Assembly: GCF_963921235.1 (NCBI RefSeq)
Contig: NC_086108.1
Span: forward strand, 25,668,001-25,732,000
From: Mobula hypostoma
Lineage: Eukaryota
DNA length: 64,000 nt
Reading direction: 5' to 3'
Part shown: positions 14,075 through 27,378 of the stretch, piece after piece
Layout: each line of letters opens with the position of its first letter
Numbering within the stretch: the stretch's first letter is position 1
Position numbers and translations under genes: made by a program
Notes under the pieces: model-generated
Seen by the model: the letters and a program-made list of their open reading frames with translations, nothing else
Database searches by the model: none
Told to the model about the DNA's origin: nothing

Positions 14075-15168
14075 AAGTACTTTACAACAGTCTTCACTCT
14101 GGAAGACACCAGCAGTATGCCAGAAGTTTGAGTATGTCAGGAGGCAGTAGTTGCCATTACTAGGGAGAACGTTCTTGGGGAAACTGAAAGGTCCGACGGT
14201 AGAAAGCTGCTTGGACCAGATGGTATACTCCCCAGGGATCTGAAAGAGGTGGCTGAGGAAATTGTGGAGGTATTAGTAATGATCTTTCAAGAATCAATTG
14301 CTTCCGTCTTCATTCTGGAGGAATGGAAAATTGCAAATGCAGCTTCATTTTTCAGGAAAGAAGAGAGGCAGAAGTAAGGAAATTACAGGCCAGTTAGTCT
14401 GACCTCAGTGGTTGGGAAGATGTTGGAGCTAATTGTTAAGGAAGAGGTTTCAGGATACATAGAGGTATGATAAAATAGGCCCTAGCCTGTATGGTTTCCT
14501 TGAAGGGAAATCTTGACTGACAAATCTGTTGGAATTCTTTGAAGAAATAATAAGCAGCATAGACAAAGGAGAATAAGTGATGCTGTGTACTTGAACACCT
14601 TTGACAAGATGCCACACATGAGGCTGCTTAACAAGTTAAGAGCCCATGATATTACAGGAAGGATAATAACATGGATAAAGCAGTGGCTAATTGGCAGGAG
14701 GCAAAGAGTGGGAATAAAGGGAGCCTTTTCTGGCTGGCTTCCTGAGCCTAGTGGTATACCACAGTGGTCTGTGTTGGGACCACTTCTTTTTAAGTTATAT
14801 ATCAATGATTTGGATGATGAAATCAATGACTTTGTGGCCAAGTTTGTGGATGATACGAAGATAGGTGCAGAGGCAGGTAGTTCTGAGGAAACAGAGAGGC
14901 AACAGATGAACTTAAATAGATTAGGAGAATGGGGAAGAAGTGGCAGATGGAAATATAGTATCAGGAAGTGTGTGGTCATACACTTTGGTAGAAGAAATAA
15001 AAGCATAGACTATTTTCTAAATGGAGAGAAAATTAAGAAAATCTGAGGTGCAAAGGGACTTGGGAGTCCTCATATAGTATTCCCTAAGTTTAATTTGCAA
15101 ATTAAGTCAGCGGTGAGGAAGGCAAATTAAATGTTAACTTTTATTTTGAGAGGACTAGACTATTTTGA

Positions 15169-18100
15169 GTGGACATGAGAAGGACACCCACATGGTTTGT
15201 TGCCTCCCGGGTGCCAGGGTCCAGGATGTCTCTGACTGGGTGCACGACATCCTGGTACGAGAGGGAAAGCAACCAGAAGTTGTGATACATGCTGGGACCA
15301 ACGACATAGGCAGGAAGATGGATGAGGTCCTGAAGTGTGAGTTTCGGGAACTAGGCAGAAGGCTGAAGAACAGGACCTCAAGGGTGACATTCTCAGGATT
15401 GCTGCCAGTGCTACGTGACGGTGATGGTAAGGAAAGGAGGAGATGGCAGTTGAATGTGTGGCTGAGGAGTTGGTGCAGGGAGCAGGGTTTTAGATTTTAG
15501 ATCATTGGGATCTCTTCTGGGGAAGGTGGGACCTGTACAGATTGGATGGGTTGCACCTGAACTCGAGGGGGAGCAATATCCTTGCAGGTAGGTTTGCTAG
15601 CATGGTTCGGGAGGGTTTAAACTAATTTGCGAGGGGGATGGTACTCAGAGCGATAGAGCAGTGAAAGAAGTGCATGGAGTAAAGCCAGATCTAACATACA
15701 GAGAGGCTTTGAGGAAAGAGAAGCAGAATAAACGGTGTAAAGACAGTAAGGTAGAAGGGCTGAAATGTGTGTACCTCAATGCAAGAAGCATCAGGAACAA
15801 AGGTGATGAACTGAGAGCTTGGATACATACATGGAATTATGATGTAGTGGCCATTACAGAGACTTGGCTGGCACCAGGGCAGGAATGGATTCTCAATATT
15901 CCTGGATTTCAGTGCGTTAAAAGGGATAGAGAGGGCGGAAAAATGGGAGGAGGGGTGGCATTACTGGTCAAGGATACTATTACAGCTACAGAAAGGGTGG
16001 GTAATGTAGCAGGATCCTCATTTGAGTCAGGAGCAGGAAGGGAGCAGTTACTCTATTGGGGGTATTCTATAGGCCCCCTGGTAGCAGCAGAGATACAGAG
16101 AACAGATTGAGAGGCAGATTTTGGAAAGGTACAAAAATAACAGGGTTGTTATCATGGGTGACTTTAACTTCCCTAATATTGATTGGCAGCTGATTAGTTC
16201 CAAGGGTTTAGATGGGGCAGAGTTTGTTAAGTGTGTCCAGGACAGATTTCTGTCACAGTATGTGGACAGGCTGACCAGGGGGAATGCCATACTGGATCTA
16301 GCACTAGGTAATGAACCGGGTCAGGTCACAGATCTCTCAGTGGGTGAGCATCTGGGGGACAGTGACCACCGCTCCCTGGCCTTTAGTATTATCATGGAAA
16401 AGGATAGAATCAGAGAGGAAAGGAAAATTTTTAATTGGGGAAAGGCAAACTATGAGGCTATAAAGCTAGAACTTGCGGGTGTGAATTGGGATGATGTTCT
16501 TGCAGGGAAATGTACTATGGACATGTGGTCGATGTTTAGAGATCTCTTGTGGGATGTTAGGGATAAATTTGTCCCGGTGAGGAGGATAAAGAATGGTAGG
16601 GTGAAGGAACCATGGGTGACAAGTGAGGTGGAAAATCCAGTCAGGTGGAAGAAGGCAGCATACATGAGGTTCAGGAAGCAAGGATCAGATGAGTCTATTG
16701 AGGAATATAGGGAAGCAAGAAAGGAGCTTAAGAAGGGGCTGAGAAGAGCAAGAAGGGGGCATGAGAAGGCCTTGGCGAGTAAGGTAAAGGAAAACCCCAA
16801 GGCATTCTTCAATTATGTGAAGAAAAAAGGATGACAGGAGTGAAGGTAGGACCGATTAGAGATAAAGGTGAGACCTGGAGGCTGTGCAAGTGAATGAGGT
16901 CCTCAGTGAATACTTCTCTTCGGTATTCACCAATGAGAGGGAACTTGATGATGGTGAGGACAATATGAGTGAGGTTGATGTTCTGGAGCATGTTGATATT
17001 AAGGGAGAGGAGGTGTTGGAGTTATTAAAATACATTAGGACAGATAAGTCCCCGGGGCATGACAGAATATTCCCCAGGCTGCTCCATGAGGCAAGAGAAG
17101 AGATTGCTGAGCCTCTGGCTAGGATCTTTATGTCCTTGTTGTCCACGGGAATGGTACCGGAGGACTGGAGGGAGGCGAATGTTGTCCCCTTGTTCAAAAA
17201 AGGTAGTAGGGATAGTCCGGGTAATTATAGACCAGTGAGCTTTACGTTTGTGGTGGGAAAGCTGTTGGAAAAGATTCTTAGAGATAGGATCTATAAACAT
17301 TTAGAGAATCATGGTCTGATCAGGGACAGTCAGCATGGATTTGTGAAGGGCAGATCATGTCTAACAAGCCTGATAGAGTTCTTTGAGGAGGTGACCAGGC
17401 ATATAGATGAGGGTAGTGCAGTGGATGTGATCTATATGGATTTTAGTAAGGCATTTGACAAGGTTCCACATGGTAGGCTTATTCAGAAAGTTAGAAGGCA
17501 TGGGGTCCAGGGAAGTTTGGCCAGGTGGATTCAGAATTAGCTTGCCTGCAGAAGGCAGAGGGTGGTGGTGGAGGGAGTACATTCAGATTGGAGGATTGTG
17601 ACTAGTGGTGTCCCACAAGGATCTGTTCTGGGACCTCTACTTTTCGTGATTTTTATTAACGACCTGGATGTGGGAGTAGAAGGGTGGGTTGGCAAGTTTG
17701 CAGACGACACAAAGGTTGGTGGTGTTGTAGATAGTGTAGAGGATTGTCAAAGATTGCAGAGAGACATTGATAGGATGCAGAAGTGGGTTGAGAAGTGGCA
17801 GATGGAGTTCAACCCGGAGAAGTGTGAGGTGGTACACTTTGGAAGGACAAACTCCAAGGCAGAGTACAAAGTAAATGGCAGGATACTTGGCAGTGTGGAG
17901 GAGCAGAGGGATCTCGGGGTACATGTCCACAGATCCCTGAAAGTTGCCTCACAGGTGGATAGGGCAGTTAAGAAAGCTTATGGGGTGTTAGCTTTCATAA
18001 GTCGAGGGATAGAGTTTAAGAGTCGCGATGTAATGATGCAGCTCTATAAAACTCTGGTTAGGCCACACTTGGAGTACTGTGTTCAGTTCTGGTCACCTCA

Positions 18101-18594
18101 CTATAGGATGGATGTGGAAGCATTGGAAAGGGTACAGAGGAGATTTACCAGGATGCTGCCTGGTTTATAGAGTATGGATTATGATCAGAGATTAAGGGAG
18201 CTAGGGTTTTACTCTTTGGAGAGAAGGAGGATGAGAGGAGACATGATAGGTGTGTACAAGATAATAAGAGGAATAGATAGAGTGGATAGCCAGCGCCTCT
18301 TCCCCAGGGCACCACTGCTCAATACAAGAGGACATGGCTTTAAGGTAAGGGGTGGGAAGTTCAAGGTGGATATTAGAGGAAGGTTTTCACTCAGAGGGTG
18401 GTTGGTGCATGGAATGCACTGCCTGAGTCAGTGGTGGAGGCAGATACACTAGTGAAGTTTAAGAGACTACTAGACAGGTATATAGAGGAATTTAAGGTGG
18501 GGGCTTATATGGGAGGCAGGGTTTGAGAGTCGGCACAACATTGTGGACTGAAGGGCCTGTACTGTGCTGTACTAATCTATGTTCTATGTTCTAT
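15169..18594 (+). mobile_element. Younger CR1 LINE, 5'-truncated in ORF1 (SGNH-esterase-like), ORF2 EN-RT with a few lesions
   Basis: ORF1 CCLPGARVQDV..HAGTND..DGLHLN; ORF2 YLNARSIRNK, ITETW, GDFNFP, SDH, NYRPVS, QHGF, GVPQGSVLGP, KFADD; (CTATGTT)n tail. Premature stops (e.g. 17538-17540, 18168-18170) and frameshifts. Confidence 0.95.
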
Positions 18595-18710
18595 AAAAGC
18601 AAGGATGGAATGTCGAGGTTTTATAAAGTATGGTTGTGAGCAGTTTTGAGCCCTTTATCTAACAAAGGATGTACTGACATTGGGGCGGGTTCAAAGAAGA
18701 TTCACCAAAC

Positions 18711-19523
18711 CAAAGGTTCAAAGGTTCAAAGGTCAAAATTAATGTCAGAGAAATGTATACAATATACATCCTTGCAAACATCCAGGAAAATAGAGAAGTG
18801 CCCCAAAGAATGAACAACTATTAAACGTGAGAACTCTGAAGTCCCCCCCCCAGCTCCTCCCTCCCGCGTGTAAGCAACAGCGAGCAATGAATCACCCCTC
18901 CACTAGCAAAACAAATGCATTGGTACCATCACCGAGCCCAAACGTGTGCTAAGCAGTAGCAAAGACACAGACCAAATTACCCCAAAAGCTTCGCTTTTCA
19001 TCCGACAATCGACAAACCACAGGTTCCCTCTCTCGCTGGTAAGGGAAAGGGAGGTGTCCCCATTTTCACAGCAAGCAGGAGACATAACAACAACGCACTG
19101 GTTCATGATGTTTGAAGTCCGTTTCATCGCTTTTCTCGAGCTCTATGTCCGAAGATTGCAAAGACCTCAGGTCTTCAGGCCCACAGCAAAAGATATTCTG
19201 GCCTCTGCAACGGCACGGGTCTCCTGCTGTGACACCGACCTTTGATCCGGCCGTCTCCAGAGCCACGAAGTCTTAGGCTTCTGAACATGATTAAGATTCT
19301 CAGGCCAAACCCTTGGCATGTCTAATAACAGCCAGTCATGGAACCCCGAGAGCAGGTCCCATTCCCGCAAAGAATTGAAGCCTGCATGTAACTCCAGGTC
19401 AGGGTCTTCAAAAGAACCCTGAAAGAGAAAAATAAAGATATTAAAGGTAGAAACAGAGCTGTTTCCAAAGATGCAAGCAAAGGGGTCGCCGTTAGGCACC
19501 ATCATCCCTCCTAAGCTCCTCCT
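18711..19523 (-). mobile_element. Non-coding non-autonomous retroelement nested in the old CR1
   Basis: (CAAAGGTT)n tandem tail at the left end; interrupts CR1 between TTCACCAA and AAATGATT; a related 3' portion is at 63325-63628. Confidence 0.65.
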
Positions 19524-19992
19524 AAATGATTCAGGGATTGAAAAGCTTGTCATATGAAGAGCGTGTAAAGCTTTGGGCATGACTCACTGGGATTCACAAG
19601 AATGAGGGGTGGTCTCTTTGAAACCTATCGAATGTTGAAAGGCCTCGACAGAGTGGGTGCAGAGAGGATATTTCCTATGGCGGGGGCGTCTAAGACCGGA
19701 GGACATAAGCTCAGAATAGAGGGGCATCCTTTTAGAATGGAAATGAGGAGGAATTTATTTAGCCAGAGAGTGGTAAATCTGTGAAATACCTCACCACAGG
19801 TGGCTGTGGAGGTCGTTACTGGTATATTTAAAACAGCGGTTGATAGATTCTTGGTTGGTCAGGTCACGAAGGTATATGGGGAAAAGGCAGGAGATTGGGG
19901 CTGAGGGGGAAAATGGATCAGCCGTAATGAAATGGAGGAGAAGACTTGATGGGCCAAATGACCTAATTCTGCTCCTCTATCTTATGGTCTTA

Positions 19993-22390
19993 GAATTAAA
20001 GTAAATATGTTGTGCAAAAAAAAGGTGAAGGAGTGTACATGGGTTCATCGTCCATTCAGAAATCTGATGGCAGAGGGGAAGAAGCTGTACCAGAAACATT
20101 CAATGTGTACTTTCAGGTTCCTGTACCTCCTCTTTGATGGTAGCAATGAGTAGAAGGCATGTCCTGGGAGACGGGAGTCCTTAAAGATAGATGCTGCATC
20201 ACCTTTTGAAGTGGTCCTCAATGCTGGGGAAATTAGTGCCCATGATGGAGCTGGCTCAGAAAATTCAAAACTCTGATGTGCAAAGGGATTTGGGAGTCCT
20301 TGTGCAGGATTCTCTAAAGGTTAATTTGCAGGTTGAGTTGGTGGTAAGGAAGGCAAATGTGATGCTTGCACTCATTTCAAGAGGACGAGAATATAAAAGC
20401 ATGAATGTAATGCCAAGGCTTTATAAAGCATTGGTGAGGCCTCACTTGGAGTATTGTGAGTAGTCTTGGCCCCTTATCTAAGAAAGAATGTGCTGATATT
20501 GGAGAAGGTTCAGAGGAGGTTCACAAGAATGATTTCAAGATTAAAAGTCTTATCCTATGAGGAATGTTTGATAGCTCGTTGGAATACGGAAGAATGAGAA
20601 GGGATCTCACTGAAACCTATTGAATGTTGAAAGATCTTGAGAGGGTCCACAAACAGCTCCTTGGTCTTAGCAACATTGACTGCTAGGTTGTTGTGACACC
20701 ACTCAACCAGTTGATCTATCTCATTCCTTTATGTTGCTTAGTCACCATCTGAAATTCTGCCAACAATAGTTGTGTCATTGGCAAATTTAACGATGACATT
20801 TGAGCTGGGCCTAACCACACAGTCATGGGTGTAGAGAGAGCAAAGCAGTAGGCTGAGATGCATCCTTGAGGTGCACTGGTGTTGATTGTCAACAAGGAGG
20901 AAATGTTATCGGTCCCCTGATGGGGAAGTCAAAGATCCAATTGCAGAAGGAGGTGCATTGAGTCCCAGGTTTGGAGCTTGTTAATTAGTACTGACAGCAT
21001 GATGCTATTGAACGCTGAGCAGTAATCAATAAACAACAGACTAAAGTATTTTCCAGGTGATCCAAGGCCAAGTAGAGAGCCAGTGAGATTGCATCTGCTG
21101 TAGACCTATTATGACGATTGGCAAATTACAGTGGGTCCAGGTCATTGCTTAGGCAGGAGTTGATTCTGGCCATGACCAACCTCTCAAAGCATTTCATCAC
21201 AGTAGATGTGAGTGCAACTGGGCGATAGTCATTGAGGCAGCTCACCCAGCTCTTCCTGGGCACTGATATGATAGTTGCCCTTGTGAAGCAGAGAGAATCC
21301 TCCAGCTGCAGCTGTGAGAGATTGAAGATGTCCTTGACCACTCCCACCATTTGGTTGGCACAGTTTATCGCAGCCCTACCAGGTACTAGGGCCTGACACC
21401 TGTGAGGCATCACCCTCTTGAAAGATGTTTTGATGTCGGCCTCCAAGACAGAGATCAAAGGGCCACCAGGTGCTGCAGGGATTCACATGTCTAGCTTTCC
21501 TCCTCCCTTTCAAAGCATATATAAAAAGCATTGAACGCATCTGGAGTGAATAATTGCAGCTAGTCATGATGTTAGGTTTTGCCTTGTAGTCAGTAACAGC
21601 CTGCAAACCCTGCCAAAGCGGATGGCCATCTGATTCTGTCTCTAACTTCAATTTGAATTGATATTTTGTTCTTAAAAATAGCTTTCTGTAGATCGTACCT
21701 GGACTTCTTGTATAGTTCTGGATCACCATTCTTGAACACCACAGATCTAACCTTAAGCAGACGTCAAATCTTCTGGTTCATCCATGAATTCTAGTGTGGG
21801 AATATCCGGTATGTTCTTGAAGGCACGTACTCATTCACACAGGTCTTGATGAAGTCAGAGGCAACTGTAGCATATTCATTCAGAGTTGAAGATGAATCCC
21901 TGAAAAGTGTCCAGTCCACCATCTCAAGGCAATCCTATAATTTCTCCTCTGCCTCCCGTGATCATAGTTTATTAGTCATCACTACTAGCACTGAGGTCTT
22001 TAATCTCTGACCGTAGGCTGGGAGAAGAAGAACAACCAGATGATCAGATTTTCCAAGGTGCGGCTGTGGGATGGCACAGTAACTTATTTGATGGTTGGCT
22101 CTTCTGGTCCACAAGTGATATGTTGATGGTAGTGATTCGGAAACTTCAAGCTGGACTAGTTGAAATCCCCTGTACTGATAGGGAGGCATCAGGTTGCACT
22201 GTTTTGTGACTGCTGATCACGGTGCTCAGCTCCACCAGTGCCTGCTTGACATCAGCCAAGGGTGAAATATACACCACAACCAGGATGATTGCAGAAAACT
22301 CCCTTGGCAGATAAAATGGACAACACTTGACTGCTAGATGTTCCAGCTTGAGTGAGCAGGATTGAGATAGAACTGACGTGTCTGTGTTTT
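19993..22390 (-). mobile_element. Rex1/Babar LINE (EN-RT), decayed, interrupted by a CR1 fragment
   Basis: EN segment LEHLAVKCCPFYLPREFSAIILVVVYISP; GKSDHLVVLLLPAY; RT CLNDYRPVALTSTVMKCFERLV; 3' segment at ~19993-20240. Confidence 0.85.
20256..20640 (+). mobile_element. CR1 LINE RT C-terminal fragment
   Basis: VQRDLGVLVQDSLKVN..LYKALVRPHLEYC. Confidence 0.85.
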
Positions 22391-22984
22391 GTGATGAGTT
22401 CATCTTTAAAAGACTCAGCTATCCAGTCTTTTTAGTGGGTAATGAAGCTCTTGGACTGCATTGCTGCATCATAAATGGTGGATGTGAGCCATATTTCCAT
22501 GAAGCAAAGTACACAGCAGTCCCTGATGTCCCTTTGGCACTGCATTCTTGCTCTGAGGCCTTCAGTTTTACAAACATTTGTATCTTGCAAAGACTGCATG
22601 TACATTCACCAGCAGAATTATCAGGCATGGGAGTCGAAGGACATTGCATTTCAATTATGCCTGTAGTCCACTCTCCTTCCGCATTTCCTTAATCATAAAG
22701 GGGATCTGTACTTACAACCCAAGCCTGCAGTTAGGGGTTCACCGATTTTGAGTAGCGACAGATTTTTTAAACATGGTAAAAGAATGTTGCTTACTGAAGT
22801 ACCCGTGATTGTGACTGTGGATTTCAGCTGTAGATGTTCTATCAGGGAATATCTGATGATTCACATCGGAGCTGCGTGCAATGTCATCACTTACACTGGA
22901 CAGCAAGTTCTTTTGAAAATGCTGCTTTCTCAGAATTCTTTTTTTGTTTGTGATAGACCACTTGAACCTGAACACAAATATAAT

Positions 22985-23790
22985 TGCAGACTACTTGTAT
23001 CACGTAGGAATTTGGAGAAACAAGAAATTAACTTTTATTGAATATAATGTGTTTAATTGAATAACGGTGTTGACACTTTGCAATAATCCAACTAAGCTGA
23101 AAATGTTTTGTTGATGATTTCTATTTGTATTCAGTTTCTGAGGCTTCTTGCTTAAGTGTCTAATAATGATCAGACAACAGTGATGTATTTGAGTTGCCCT
23201 AACTGTTCTCCGTGACTGCAATGTCCTGGAAAAACTGTTCATCATGCTTGCCACTGACAGCACAAGATTTGCAGGAAAGAAGTATAAATGGGAATGCAGA
23301 AAATAAATCTTCAGTGACATGTTGCACTTCATGGTTTTGTATGATTGAAACATGTTTTCAACTAGTTGCATGTGCAGACGTAGTTTGGTGCTCTGTGGTT
23401 GCCAAGAAAATTTTCAATAACATTCTTGAATGGCTTTCATGCACTTTTCTCCAGTCCCACTTGAAGTTCTTCGAATTTCCTGTCATTGACAACCTGTTCA
23501 ATTTGTGAACCAATTAAAAAAAACCTTCCTTAATCTTGGCATCAGTTATTCTGGGAAACGTTTGTTTCAAATATCAAAATTCTTCATAGAAATTCTTCAT
23601 GGTGTCAGCAGATTCCATCCTTGCAGTCTTGAACCCAGTAATCCTGCTTTTGCCTTTGACAAACCCAAGTCTTTGACCAGGCCATTTAACTCAAATTGGG
23701 TTATCAGATGAGGCTCACCTGACAGCAAGGCTTAAAAATCAGTATCAGTACCAGTATTTTTTTTCAATTTCTGGCTTGTGCATCATAGCA
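22985..23790 (-). mobile_element. Internally deleted DNA transposon, Chapaev3-like (CMC) transposase remnant
   Basis: Minus-strand translation EPHLITQFELNGLVKDLGLSKAKAGLLGSRLQGWNLL joined to YLKQTFPRITDAKIKEG, ENFLGNHRAPNY and CNMSLKIYFLHSHLYFFPANL. The family assignment rests on motif recall; termini not identified. Confidence 0.65.
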
Positions 23791-24668
23791 TCATTGTCTA
23801 TAAAGAGGGTGCGTGATAGATTATGGTCCTGTGAATGGGCAAGTCCAGATCAGGTCTAATCCGAAAGATGAGATGTTGAGGACAAGGGAAGGCCATTAAA
23901 TGAATGCCAGAGTTCAAGTCAATAAAGGAGAAAATAAATATATTGCCAATTATTTTGAAATAGAATGCATAAATGCTTGGATCGGATAGCAGGTTTGTCA
24001 GCATCTGTGGAAAGGGAGATAGGTTTAATTATTTTCCACAGTTGTTGCCTGACCTGCTGAGTATTTCTAGCAGTTTGTTTGTTTTTATTTCATTAAAGGA
24101 CAAATGCAATTTAAGATGGTGCTCGTTATACAGTATTCCAGAGCTGAAAAGTTAGAACAAAGAAAACGTATTTAATTTGCTTATAACCTTCTTCGATACT
24201 TTCACAAGACTTGACAAGTCCATAATGTGTTAGTGTTGAAGTGTGTACTGGTCATTGCAAAAGAAAGTCCAGAAGTTGCTAATGTTAAAAACTATGGCTA
24301 TTGCATGTGATAAAGCAAGACATCAAGCATTTTGAAATGAACATGTTGAAATCAAGACTGACTGCAGATTTTCATCAAGCGGCAGAGCTGATCAGAAAAT
24401 TAAAAGTCAAAGTTATCTTCCTCCAGAAGACAAATTTCCCCAAGGAAACAAGCAGATTGGCATGTGGTGCTGGAGCCCGATGACTCATTGTAAGCTTCTT
24501 TCTGCAGATCCACTCACATCTTCCATTATAATCATTCTGCTTTCGTGAAGATAAATTCTATGCTGTAAGAATTACACTTTATTCTGCATGGTATTACTGT
24601 TTTACCCTTTCTGCTGTATTCCCTCATTGTACTGTTGCAACAAATCAATGTGTTTGTATGGTATGCAA

Positions 24669-24856
24669 ACCAGGTAGCATACTGTGGTAAAGAGCACAGT
24701 TGACGGTTTGAGCTAGGACCCTTCATCAGGACAGGTCTCGGCCCAAAACAACGACTGTACTTTTTTCCATAGATGCTGCCAGTTATGCTGAGTTCCTCCA
24801 GCATTTTGTGTGTGCTGCTTGGATTTCCAGTATCTGCAGATTTTCTCTTCTTTGTA
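24669..24856. mobile_element. Fold-back mini Penelope-like element (two inverted 3' termini)
   Basis: Minus arm ~24670-24732 with an HHR remnant, plus arm 24733-24856 ending GGATTTCCAGTATCTGCAGATTTTCTC; probable TSD TATGGTAT(G/A)CAA at 24657-24668 and 24857-24868. Confidence 0.7.
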
Positions 24857-26038
24857 TATGGTATACAAGACCATGTGACAACAATAGGTACATGTGACAA
24901 TAATAAACCAATTTACCATTTTATCAAGATCCATCAAGATCTGCTAGAAGAAAAGACCCAAACCAAGCAACTATGAAGCAAAGCACAGCCTTCTACTCAG
25001 AAGACCATTGGTTGGGGTACACCTGTGATGAGCTGGTGAGTTCCTCATGGAGTCCAATAGGCTCAGTACCAGCTTCCACAGAAAGCCATTTACTTCACTA
25101 CCGATCTAGGAAGGATGTAAGAACTAAAAAGCAGAAGTGGAACAGTCAACCTTTGCACCTCACGACCATTCAATGAGCTCATGTCTGATCATCTTCGTGC
25201 AGTAACCCCTTCTCAAAAAATCTTAAATATTTTCAGCAAAAAGTCCTCCATATGGGTCAAGTAGAGAATTAAGAAAACCTTCCTCTGGATAAAGTAATTA
25301 AAGTAATTTCTTCGTGTCTCTCTCCTGAATGCCTAACCCCTTGTTTTGAGATCATGACATACCGTATGTTCCTGGATATCTCAGACAGGGGTAATGGTAA
25401 TGCCACATCTAAGCTGGTAAACCCTGTAAGGATATTGTTTATTTCAATATGAGCACCTTTCATTTTCCTACACTCAGGAATTGCTAAAGGCTATTTAATC
25501 TGTCATCATTGGGGAAACTCCCATATCCTCTCTGTTAAATCCATCATTCACAAATAATAAATGGTACAAGACAGTAAATGGAAATTTACTTTCTTTTGTA
25601 TATTTCTGTTTGATTTTATTTGACTTTGGTTTGGAGATATATTCAAAATTATCACTAGTGGCAGGAGATGCTATGCAAAATCTGGAATTAATTCTTCCTG
25701 GATGAGTGAACTGGAGTAAGGGAGGATGTTCAAGCTGTGATATCTGGAATAACAATTAGGTGTGGGACAGGAAAATATCTTGGTTGCATTTATAACACAG
25801 TGAAATTTGGAGACACCAAAGATGTATAAAAGAAGAAAAGGCAGTAAGATTAAATGGGCAGCTGGGACAGCTGTGGGAGGAAAAGGAAGTGTGGAGTATG
25901 TGTCAGGATCAAGTTGTTAAGACGGTGAGCTGAGACGTGAGAATATATTAGCATAGGATACTGTTTGGGGTCTGACACCTGATATGAATAGAATAAAGAG
26001 GGAAGCAGAGGAGTCTGAAGTTGGAAATGTTAACCCAT

Positions 26039-26404
26039 TGTCACTGGCCCTGCGATCCTCTGTGGCTTGCCATAGAACATTGATCTTCTTGGTTTCTCAA
26101 GCACTTATATTTACTGTTATCTCGCGTAGACAATGTTAAACCCTTGTGCTTTTGTTTTAATCTTGTCAAATTACTTGTGACTGGCATATGTTTCTCGTAT
26201 TCTATGGTTATTTAAAGGGGTCTCTAGCTAGCTCTTTAGGGGAGTCCTACTGTGTTATAGAGAATGATTTGTCTCATGGTGTTGTTTAGTTGGCCGCCTG
26301 ATGCTCTGCTGGTATTCCTAACCCTAACCTTGTTTCCGTCTCCTAGTGGGGATTCTTCCATTCCTCCGTGCTTGGGTACAGTCCTGCGAGCGCACACCGT
26401 GACG
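26039..26404 (+). mobile_element. Probable solo LTR
   Basis: TGTCAC...GTGAC(G) inverted termini, 5-bp flanks CCCAT/CCCTT, internal TATTTAAA. Confidence 0.55.
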
Positions 26405-26794
26405 CCCTTTGACTGATTGCTCTGCCAACTTCAGCATATATGAACTAGTTGGACAGCTCCCAACTACTATACCACAACAGGCAGAAATCCAATTCACTAA
26501 TCAGAAGGTAACAACAATATCAAAGTTAAATATTAAGTTCTTGTAGTAGGTCTGAGCAAATTCTTTCCTAACTTACTGTGTTTGCCATACTAGAAATAAT
26601 TAAGAGCCAAAGTTTCTGACAATTGTTGGAGGAAGCTCAGTTGCAAAGTCCCATGTTTCTGAAGTTGTGAAACATGGTAGCCTCTGATGACTTGCGTATT
26701 GATAATTGATAAAAGTGGATGTTTTTAAAGGATAATTTTGGTTTAGAATTTGCAGATCTTCCTGAACTGAACTGACCTCTACCTAAAAAGGCTA

Positions 26795-27378
26795 AAACTA
26801 TATAAAACTTTGGTTAGGCTGCACTTGGAATATCGTATGCAATTCTAGTCATCCCATTACAAGGATGTGGAGTCTTTGCAATGGTGCAGAAGAGCTTTGC
26901 TGTGATGCCATGTGGTTTAAAGAGTATGATCTAGTAAAAGGGTTGGACAAACTTGGTTTGTGTTCCGTGGAACATCAGAATCTGAGAGGAGACCTGGAAA
27001 AAGTTTGTAAAATTATGAGAGGTATAGATAAGGTAGACAGTCTGAAACTTTTCCCCTAGTTATATGTATCAAATACTAGAGGGCATGCACTAAAGGTAAG
27101 GGGAGAGTGTGGAAGTTTAAAAGGGATGTGTGGGGCAAGTTTTTGCACAGTGAGTGGTGAGTGCTTGGAAATCTCAACCAGGGGTACTGGATGGAAACAG
27201 GTGTGAGATTGTCATTTGTTAGATAGACACATGAACAGACAACAAACAAAGAGAAATGGATCATGTAAAGGCAGAAGAGTATTAGTTTTAGTTTTATTCA
27301 GCTTCATATTTGGCACAGACATTATGAGCCAAAGAGCCTGCTCTTGTACAGTGCTAATCTATGTCCTATGTTCTATGT
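26795..27378 (+). mobile_element. CR1 LINE 3' fragment
   Basis: LYKTLVRLHLEY; LRGDLEKVCKIMRGIDKVD; (CTATGTT)-type tail. Confidence 0.8.

Larger units (their letters stand above)
12214..19992 (+). mobile_element. Old CR1 LINE (EN-RT remnant) split by four nested insertions
   Basis: SDHSMIEF, NTKSFFRYIK, LNKY|FTTVFT, NYRPVSLTSVVGK, GIPQWSVLGP, KFVDDTK; 3' end CTTATGGTCTTA. Segments resume colinearly after each insertion (~13090, 14075, 18595, ~19524). Confidence 0.85.

Noticed and set aside
13660..14163. ER- and LS-repeat ORFs
   Set aside because: Translations of the (CT)n tract inside the TIR element.
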